Source of the DNA: Gemmatimonas sp.
GTDB taxonomy: Bacteria > Gemmatimonadota > Gemmatimonadetes > Gemmatimonadales > Gemmatimonadaceae
NCBI GenBank assembly: GCA_965279375.1
Contig: OZ257156.1
Location: 2,368,001 to 2,432,000, forward strand
Direction: 5' to 3'
Length of the DNA stretch: 64,000 nucleotides
In this document: in pieces, positions 57,167 to 64,000 of the stretch
Numbering within the stretch: the first letter of the stretch is position 1
Layout: each line of letters begins with the position of its first letter
Notes under the pieces: generated by a model
Databases searched by the model: none
The model's input: the letters and a program-made list of their open reading frames with translations, nothing else
Told to the model about the DNA's origin: nothing
Program-made: the position numbers and the translations under genes

Positions 57167-59320
57167 CTACCACCCCGCGGAACGCCGAACGAACGGCGCG
57201 AGTGTCTCCGCGACACGGCGACTGCCCGCGAGGCTCAGGTGGTTGTTGTCGGAATACAGCAGGGCGCCGTCCCACATGCCACGGCATTCCCGGGTATCGC
57301 AGAATGCACCGCTCGCGTCGAACTGCTGCACGCCGGGGTGCGCGGTCGCCAACTGCTCCAGTAGCGTCCAATAGTCGGCGTTGCGCTTCGCGAACGCAGT
57401 AAGCGGAACGCTGCACGGTGACCGCTTCTCCCGGAGCCCGAGAGGCCGGCCGGTCACGCAGTCACTCGGTGTGAAGCCGAGTTCCGGCACGTCGCGCACG
57501 AGGATCACGCGCTTGCCCGCATCCTCGAGCGCGCGGATGGTTCGCGACAGTCCGGTCTTGAACAACTCTTCCTGCGACGCGGAAGTCGACGCCTCCGGTG
57601 CGACGGAACGCAGCGTCCATCGCACTTCGGATTCGACCCGCCCAAAGCCGAGACCCTTGGTGTAAACCGGGCCGCGCGAAACGAGAAGCACGGTCCTGAC
57701 CTCTGGCAGCCCCGCGAGATAGGCGATCGATGCGCGTGTCGACGCGGTGCACTTGGGATCGTACTTGGCGTTGATCGCCTGGATGTCGAGCAGCGGCGCG
57801 CATCCTGACTGTCCGATCATCAGCACGCTGCGATCGGGCATCGACTCTGCAAGCCCGGGGTAGAGGACCTCGGCGTGACTGTCGCCGAAGACCGCCACCT
57901 CAGCGGGAGCCAACTTGCTACGGTAGCACCTCGCGGGCTGCACGCGATCATCGGCGAATGTGCACGCTTCCCGCACGGCCGGATGGTCGCGCATTGCTTC
58001 CCGAGATGCGGCTGCGAGCACCGCGACTTCGTCGACGGAGTCGGTTGGCGCGTAGCGCGACGGGATCCCGCGCATCGCGACCGTCGACACGCCGGCGCCC
58101 ACGATGAGCAGGAGTGGCAACAGCGCGAGTCGGATGCCCCGAAGTTGTAGCGTGCGATTGCTGTTGAAGCGCTTCCCCATTCGCTGCGCGGGACGCTCGA
58201 TGAACTCGTACGTGAGATACGCCAGCAGGATCGAGAGCATCGCGATGGGCAGCTTGATCAGTCGCATGTCCGCCGTCGACAGGCCGAGATCGGTGCCCAC
58301 GATGCGGAAGAACGAGAGCAGAGGCCAGTGCCAGAGGTACAGCGGATAGCTGATCAAGCCGAACCACACGGCAATCGGATTGCCGAGGACGAATCGCCCG
58401 ATCACAGTGCCGGAACCGGCAGCCAGCAGCAGCACCGTCGCGCTCACCGGCAGCAGCGCCCAAAAGCCCGGGTATGCGGGCGACTCCTTGATGAAGACGA
58501 AGCCGGCGACCAACAGCAGCAACCCGATCACGGACATGGCTTCCCGCACGCCACCCGATGGCTGCGTCCATGCACGGTGCTCACTCGCTCGAGACCGGTG
58601 TGGCGAAAGGAAAACCGCCAAGGCACCGCCAGCCAAAAGCTCCCAGAAGCGCGACGACAGCAGGTAGAAGCCAGCGCTCGGGTTTGCCGTTGCCAGCCAT
58701 CCGCTCAGTCCCAGCGAGACCGCACCCATGCCGAGCATCCACGCCAGCATATGCCGTCGCTTCGCCAGCAGCGCCACGGCCGCCGGCCACACGAGATAGA
58801 ACTGCTCTTCGACGCCGAGCGACCACAGGTGGAGCAGCGGCTTGAATCCTGACGCCGTGTCGAAGTACCCGACCTCTCGCCAGAGCAGCAGGTTGGACGA
58901 GAATAGTCCGGCCGCGACGATATGGCGGCCGAGCGAAACGAACTCGGGGCCGGTTAGTAGCAGTGCGCCCAGCAGCCACGTGCCGGCGAGCGTAACGACG
59001 AGCGCGGGGACGATGCGGCGGCACCGGCGCCAGTAGAACTCGACGTACGAGAAGATGCCCTTTGCGATCTCATCATTCACGATGCGCGTGATGAGGAAGC
59101 CGGAGAGCACGAAGAAAATGTCGACGCCGATGAAGCCGGCCGGAAACAACGCCGGATACAAGTGATTGCACAGGACAGCAATCACGGCGATCGCGCGCAG
59201 CCCGTCGATGTCTCGCCGATGCACGCTCACTACCGACTTCGACAGCGCGGGCCATGGGCTGGCCGCGCGCGTCGGTATCGGGTCGCTGAGCGGAACTGCG
59301 GTCGCGTTCGTGAGCGTCAT
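57167..59320 (-). CDS. Acyltransferase-3 / SGNH fusion O-acetyltransferase (OafA/OatA-like)
   Basis: DIDGLRAIAV, GVDIFFVLSGFLI, HLWSLGVEEQFY and SYPLYLWHWP; SGNH GDSHA and DNNH. Confidence 0.92.
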   Translation of the reverse strand: MTLTNATAVPLSDPIPTRAASPWPALSKSVVSVHRRDIDGLRAIAVIAVLCNHLYPALFPAGFIGVDIFFVLSGFLITRIVNDEIAKGIFSYVEFYWRRCRRIVPALVVTLAGTWLLGALLLTGPEFVSLGRHIVAAGLFSSNLLLWREVGYFDTASGFKPLLHLWSLGVEEQFYLVWPAAVALLAKRRHMLAWMLGMGAVSLGLSGWLATANPSAGFYLLSSRFWELLAGGALAVFLSPHRSRASEHRAWTQPSGGVREAMSVIGLLLLVAGFVFIKESPAYPGFWALLPVSATVLLLAAGSGTVIGRFVLGNPIAVWFGLISYPLYLWHWPLLSFFRIVGTDLGLSTADMRLIKLPIAMLSILLAYLTYEFIERPAQRMGKRFNSNRTLQLRGIRLALLPLLLIVGAGVSTVAMRGIPSRYAPTDSVDEVAVLAAASREAMRDHPAVREACTFADDRVQPARCYRSKLAPAEVAVFGDSHAEVLYPGLAESMPDRSVLMIGQSGCAPLLDIQAINAKYDPKCTASTRASIAYLAGLPEVRTVLLVSRGPVYTKGLGFGRVESEVRWTLRSVAPEASTSASQEELFKTGLSRTIRALEDAGKRVILVRDVPELGFTPSDCVTGRPLGLREKRSPCSVPLTAFAKRNADYWTLLEQLATAHPGVQQFDASGAFCDTRECRGMWDGALLYSDNNHLSLAGSRRVAETLAPFVRRSAGW

Positions 59321-59504
59321 TCAGCAGCGCATTGAGAGCTTGGGAAAGCGAACCTCACCCATCAGCTCTCACATACTGCAATTGCCGGCCCGCGCGCCGC
59401 GGCGCCAATCACACACGCATTCGGCGGTGGTGATCTGGCGCACCAACCTCTGCTGCGTGCTCAGCTCGTCAGAGTGTGCACGCCTGTGCTACATGCCCTG
59501 CGTT

Positions 59505-60671
59505 CTACTTCAGCACAGCCTTGGCAATGGTCTGCAGCTGCATGTTGCTCGTGCCTTCGTAGATGGTGCCGATCTTGGCGTCACGATAGAACTTCTCCAC
59601 GGGGTACTCGCGCGTGTAGCCGTATCCGCCGAAGAGCTCCACGCACAGCGACGTCATGCGCTCGCACATCTGCGATGCGTACAGTTTGGCCATCGCGCCC
59701 TGCCGCGCGATGTCGTGTCCCGCGTCTTCGAGTCGCGCCGCGTTATAGACGAGCAACCGCGCCGCTTCGAGTTCGGTGGCGACCTGGGCGATCTGAAACT
59801 GGATGCCCTGGAACTCGCTGAGCGACTTGCCGAATTGCTTGCGCTCCTTGAGGTACGCCTTGGTCGCATCCAACGCGCCCTGAGCGACGCCGATCATCTG
59901 CGCGCCGATGCCGATGCGTCCCTTGTTCAGCGTATCGATTGCGATCTTGTACCCGAGTCCGACAGTGCCAAGCACGTTCTCGTCCGGCACGAACGCGTTG
60001 TCGAAGTGCAGCGCGGTGGTGCTCGAGGCACGAATGCCGAGCTTGTCTTCCTTGCGTCCAACCGTGAAGCCGGGTGCGCCGCGTTCCACCACGAACGCCG
60101 TGATGCCCTTGTAGCCGGCCTGCGGATTGGCGTTCGCGAAAACGACGAAGATGTCGGCTTCACCGCCGTTCGTGATCCACGCTTTCGCTCCGCTCAGATT
60201 CCATCCACCGTCGGCGCGCGCCGCCTGCGTGGACAAGCCGAACGCATCGGAGCCCGACCCCGGCTCCGAGAGCGCGTACGCGCCGATCGTTCCCGACGTC
60301 AGGCGCGTGAGGAAGCGCTCCTTCTGCGCCGGCGTGCCGTACCGATTGAGGGGATAGTTCACGAGCGTGTTCTGCACGTCGACCTGAATTGCGGCCGACG
60401 CATCGACCTTGCTCAGCTCCTCGACGGCGAGCGTGACCATCATGAGCGAGCCACCGGCGCCACCGTACTCCTCGGGGAGTTCGATGCCCATCAGACCGAG
60501 CTCGACGAACTTCGCCGTCAGCGACGCTTCGATCTTCCCTGCCTCCTCCATGGCCCGAACGCGGGGACGAACCTCTGACTCGGCGAGCTCGGCCACAGCG
60601 GCGCGAAAGAGTTCCTCTTCTTCGGAGAGCAGCGTGAGCGGGGGACGGGCGGCATCCGGCGTACTGGTCAT
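59505..60671 (-). CDS. Acyl-CoA dehydrogenase (short/branched-chain-like)
   Basis: ALSEP.SGSD, K.WITNG, KLGIRASST, R.QFG, GGYGY and IYEGT motifs. Confidence 0.95.
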   Translation of the reverse strand: MTSTPDAARPPLTLLSEEEELFRAAVAELAESEVRPRVRAMEEAGKIEASLTAKFVELGLMGIELPEEYGGAGGSLMMVTLAVEELSKVDASAAIQVDVQNTLVNYPLNRYGTPAQKERFLTRLTSGTIGAYALSEPGSGSDAFGLSTQAARADGGWNLSGAKAWITNGGEADIFVVFANANPQAGYKGITAFVVERGAPGFTVGRKEDKLGIRASSTTALHFDNAFVPDENVLGTVGLGYKIAIDTLNKGRIGIGAQMIGVAQGALDATKAYLKERKQFGKSLSEFQGIQFQIAQVATELEAARLLVYNAARLEDAGHDIARQGAMAKLYASQMCERMTSLCVELFGGYGYTREYPVEKFYRDAKIGTIYEGTSNMQLQTIAKAVLK

Positions 60672-60859
60672 GGCGTGCAGCGACTGGGAGGCGGTGACGG
60701 TCAGGCGAGGGAGTGAACCTCCAATCTTCGATAAGGACCGCCCTGAGGCCAGCGGCAAGGGGGCGGTTGACGGTCGATTGGTAAGGCTGAGTTCGGCATG
60801 CGACTTGCTTCCTTGCCGGGGGTGTGCAGGTTTGTTCTCACCCCGTGACGGTGACCGAC

Positions 60860-63475
60860 ATGTCCCGAATTCCTTCCCGTTCATCGACTTACCGCGTCAC
60901 GCGACGATTTTCGCGTGCGACGTGTGCTGCAGCGGTGACGGTATGGAGTTTGGCGCTGCTGCAGGCGTGCAACGGTGGTGAGGCGACGGCTCCCACGGTT
61001 CCATCAGGAGCGAAGTCGGCCAACACCGGGGTGCCAACGGGAACGGTTGGCGCCACACTTCCGACGCCGATTCGCTTGCTCGTCACGGGAAGCGATGGTC
61101 GCACGGTGCGGGGCGTACGCGTCACGTGGACGGCGAGCGAAGACGGAAGCGTCAACGCTGCAGAAGCAATCACCGACGGCAACGGCGCTGTCTCCGCGCG
61201 TTGGACGCTCGGGACAAGCGCTGGCCAGCAGACGCTGACCGCGCAGGTGCCGGGACTCGCACCGGTCATCTTCCGCGCGATTGCGACGGCCGATCGCGCT
61301 GCATCGATCAAGCTGCCAAACGCGGCGCCCCGCTTCTCCGTCATCGGCGACACGTTGCGCTTCGATCCAATCGTCTCGGACAAGTTCGGCAACGCGGTCG
61401 CCGACTCGCCGGCGATCGCAATCGAGAGCGGGAGCGAGTTCGTTTCGCTCGCTGGCAGCGCGCTGGTCGCTCGCGCGCGCGGGGTCGCGACGCTCAAGCT
61501 CTCCCTTGATACGGCGAGCACGCGTGTCAACATCACGGTCGATCCGGCGACGCCCATCATCGAGCGCATCGCACCGGACACCATCGTACCAGGCGCCGCC
61601 TTCTCGGTGGACGGGCGGAACTTCGCGTGGCTCGCCGATGCCGTCGAACTTACGGTGGGAGGCGTCAAGGCCACGGTGCTGCGGGCCTCGCCTACACGAG
61701 TGGACGCGATTCTTCCGCTGGGCGCGCTTCCCTGTCAGGCTGTTGGACCACTGCCGGTTAAAGTCACCGTCGCGGCTCGTGCCGACCAGAAGGCGGCAAC
61801 GGTGCAGGTCGCCAATCGCATCGCGCTGGCGCGCGGTGAGTCCGCCAACGTGCTCGACGCCGAACAGGTGCGATGCACGGAACTGCTGCCGCCTGCGGGC
61901 GGGACCCGAGTCAAGTACGTCGTAGCGGTCATCAACACGAGCGTTTCGGCCGCGGCCACGTCGGGCTTCGAGCTGCGTGGCGCGGGCACCGGAGCACTGG
62001 CCGGACAGACCGCCATTTCGCGCGCGCCCTCCGCCTCGCTGCGCAACACGCTCAATCCGACGCTGCTGTCGGCCGTGCAGGGCATCGGCGGGGCGCCACA
62101 GCTATCGGCCCTCGAGCGCACCGCGGAAGCGCAGCACGACGACTATCTCGAGGCACAACGCGCGTTGACGAATCGCGTGGGATCGCCGGCCGCTGCGTGG
62201 CGCGCGCTCCAGTCGGCTCGCGGTGCGATGCGCGCGGCCGCTCGTGCGCCGAGCAGGGTCGGCGACACAGTCATGGTGAAGGCGCTTTTCACCAGCTGCA
62301 GCGCAGGGCGTGACATCAAGGCGCGCGTCGTCTATGCCGGCTCGAAGGCACTGGTGCTCGAGGACCTGCAGGCAACCCGCGCCGGCCAGCTCGACGCGCA
62401 GTACCGGCAGTTGGGCGATGAGTTCGATCGCGTCATGTATCCGCTGCTGCAAAGCCGCGTCGGCGATCCGCTGGCGATGGACGCCAACCTTGGTGGCGAC
62501 GGGCGCGTGACGATGCTTTTCACGCGCTACGTGAACGACTCCCTGCCGGGCATCGCGGGCTATGTCTCGGCGTGCAACTTCTACCCGAAGGGGACGTTCG
62601 CCGCGAGCAATGAGGACGAAGTGTTCTATGCGCGCGTCGCGTCCGCCGCTGAGTCCCCGTCGGACTGGCGTCGCACGATGCGCAGTACCGTCATGCACGA
62701 GGCCAAGCATCTCGCGTCCTTCGCAGAGCGCTTCGCGCGGAGCACGCCGCTCGAGGAGGCGTGGCTCGAGGAGTCCACGGCGCGCATCGCCGAAGAGTTG
62801 TACTCGCGCACGTTTGCGAACGGCGGCAGCTGGAAGGGGAACGTCGGTTTCAGCACGACCGTGCGCTGCGAGGTGTATCAGTGCGATGACCGCCCGCTCA
62901 TGATGTGGAAGCACTTCTCGGTGCTGCAGCAGTACATGCGCGGCGTGGATACGCTGACGCCGATCGGCGCGGCGGCGTCCGGCGACTTCACGTACTACGC
63001 GAGTGGCTGGTCGTTGGTGCGCTGGGCGGCCGACCAGTACGCGGGCGACGAATCGCAGTGGCTCAAGGCGCTCGTGCGCGGCAGCGCGGCCACCGGGCTG
63101 GCGAACCTCTCGCAGCTGACCGGACGCTCGGCGGTCGAGATGCTCGCCGACTGGGCGCTGGCGAACGCGGTGGACGATCTGTCGGGCTTCACGCCGATGC
63201 GGAAGCAGCTGACCTTCCCGAGCTGGAATGTGGCCGACGTGATGAGTGGACTCGCCGGGACGTATCCGACCAGCTTCCTGGCGGCGCCGCTGAAGGCCAG
63301 CGCCATGAGTTTTGGGACTTTCGCCCTGCCGGTGGCTCGCTTGCGGGCCTTTTCCAGCAGCTATTTCAGCTTCGAGGGGCCCCAGTCGGGGAGCCAGCTG
63401 CTGGAGCTGCGTGGGGAAAATGGCGCAGCGTCGCCCCCTGGAACGTTGCGGGTGGCCATCGTGCGCGTCGAATAG
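60860..63475 (+). CDS. Lipoprotein with Ig-like and IPT/TIG domains and a C-terminal HEXXH zinc metallopeptidase domain
   Basis: Lipobox LQA-C; TDGNG..S.RWTLG Ig; P.I..I.P..G..F...G.NF IPT; MHEAKH...EAWLEES. Confidence 0.8.
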   Translation: MSRIPSRSSTYRVTRRFSRATCAAAVTVWSLALLQACNGGEATAPTVPSGAKSANTGVPTGTVGATLPTPIRLLVTGSDGRTVRGVRVTWTASEDGSVNAAEAITDGNGAVSARWTLGTSAGQQTLTAQVPGLAPVIFRAIATADRAASIKLPNAAPRFSVIGDTLRFDPIVSDKFGNAVADSPAIAIESGSEFVSLAGSALVARARGVATLKLSLDTASTRVNITVDPATPIIERIAPDTIVPGAAFSVDGRNFAWLADAVELTVGGVKATVLRASPTRVDAILPLGALPCQAVGPLPVKVTVAARADQKAATVQVANRIALARGESANVLDAEQVRCTELLPPAGGTRVKYVVAVINTSVSAAATSGFELRGAGTGALAGQTAISRAPSASLRNTLNPTLLSAVQGIGGAPQLSALERTAEAQHDDYLEAQRALTNRVGSPAAAWRALQSARGAMRAAARAPSRVGDTVMVKALFTSCSAGRDIKARVVYAGSKALVLEDLQATRAGQLDAQYRQLGDEFDRVMYPLLQSRVGDPLAMDANLGGDGRVTMLFTRYVNDSLPGIAGYVSACNFYPKGTFAASNEDEVFYARVASAAESPSDWRRTMRSTVMHEAKHLASFAERFARSTPLEEAWLEESTARIAEELYSRTFANGGSWKGNVGFSTTVRCEVYQCDDRPLMMWKHFSVLQQYMRGVDTLTPIGAAASGDFTYYASGWSLVRWAADQYAGDESQWLKALVRGSAATGLANLSQLTGRSAVEMLADWALANAVDDLSGFTPMRKQLTFPSWNVADVMSGLAGTYPTSFLAAPLKASAMSFGTFALPVARLRAFSSSYFSFEGPQSGSQLLELRGENGAASPPGTLRVAIVRVE

Positions 63476-63672
63476 AACGTCGGCGCGGCGGACCGTTTGG
63501 CGGCGATTCCGGTCCGTCCGAACGACCGTTGCCGCGATGGCGGTACACTTTGGAGGGGCCGGGGTACGTCTCCACGGCTCCCCCCTACCGAGGCGTGATA
63601 GCTTACAGCTGACACGCGAGTCGCCGCCGCGAGGCGCGGTTCGCAACGCCCAGAGACATCTGAACGACGACC

Positions 63673-64000
63673 ATGCGAAGTCCTGCCACTGCAAGAGCGC
63701 GACCCGTCTCCCGCAACACGTCCATCGGCGTGCTGGCAGAGTTGCTGTGGGGCGTGGAGTGGTCGCCGCCGCTGATCGCGTTCATGTACTACTTCTTCGT
63801 CGTCACCACCTTTTTCCTCAAGGCGGCGGACGCGGCGATCATCATCGCATTGGTGACGCTGCCCATCCAGCGATATCCGCTGCGCATCGGGCGCGTGATC
63901 ACGCTCTTCGGCTTGTTCCTAGGCTGGGTGTGGATCACGCAGACAGGATCCAGCGAACCTCAAGTCTCGTTCGACGCCGCGTGGTTGCTGACCAAGGTCT
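63673..64000 (+). CDS. Membrane protein, 3'-truncated (possibly O-antigen ligase/polymerase family)
   Basis: Not in the ORF track because it has no stop in the window. Translates as MRSPATARARPVSRNTSIGVLAELLWGVEWSPPLIAFMYYFFVVTTFFLK..., with at least 3 hydrophobic segments. The family call is a guess. Confidence 0.5.
   Translation, partial: MRSPATARARPVSRNTSIGVLAELLWGVEWSPPLIAFMYYFFVVTTFFLKAADAAIIIALVTLPIQRYPLRIGRVITLFGLFLGWVWITQTGSSEPQVSFDAAWLLTKV

Noticed and set aside
63539..63546. GGCGGTAC resembling an ops element before the last gene
   Set aside because: It mismatches GGCGGTAG and overlaps a probable -10 (TACACT); likely chance in GC-rich DNA.
1..64000. Mobile elements, prophage, anti-phage defence genes, tRNA or rRNA
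   Set aside because: No integrase, transposase, phage or defence motifs and no tRNA/rRNA pattern recognised by eye; tRNAscan and Rfam were not run.

Overview
A high-GC, gene-dense stretch of bacterial chromosome with about 46 credible CDS. I found no rRNA, tRNA, CRISPR array, transposase, integrase or phage genes. Gene content and protein style suggest Gemmatimonadota (Gemmatimonas-like); this is an inference and was not checked by search. Left to right: the 3' end of dacB; three paralogous lipoproteins built from Big_2 Ig-like stalks (11, 4 and 5 domains), two of them capped by a 14-repeat (probably 2x7-blade) beta-propeller head; an aspartase with an N-terminal cyclic-nucleotide-binding (CNB) domain, divergent from a Tat-exported glycosylasparaginase-like Ntn hydrolase; a YeeE/YedE pair; leuS with an APC permease; a PDZ protein; an RND pump; a PAS hybrid kinase; kup; an HD protein/ECF sigma/anti-sigma/LTxxQ protein/TolC/MacA/MacB-permease operon with no ATPase gene; TetR-TolC-EmrAB; cyclophilin, nth and polX; HDAC, hydrolase and HEAT genes; an M42 peptidase; a half-size TauE; a signal-less BtuF-like protein; an amidohydrolase; a fasciclin; an OPT transporter; YggT; an AT3-SGNH O-acetyltransferase; an acyl-CoA dehydrogenase; an Ig/IPT HEXXH metallopeptidase lipoprotein; and a truncated membrane protein. 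The best candidates for new biology are (1) the CNB-aspartase with a non-canonical ligand pocket, apparently co-transcribed with an adhesin and paired with an Asp-releasing enzyme; (2) the variable-length stalk/double-propeller lipoprotein family; and (3) a recurring AAC-N17-(C/T)GT ECF-type promoter motif that may define a local envelope regulon. Many start codons were moved from the ORF track using RBS and signal-peptide evidence.
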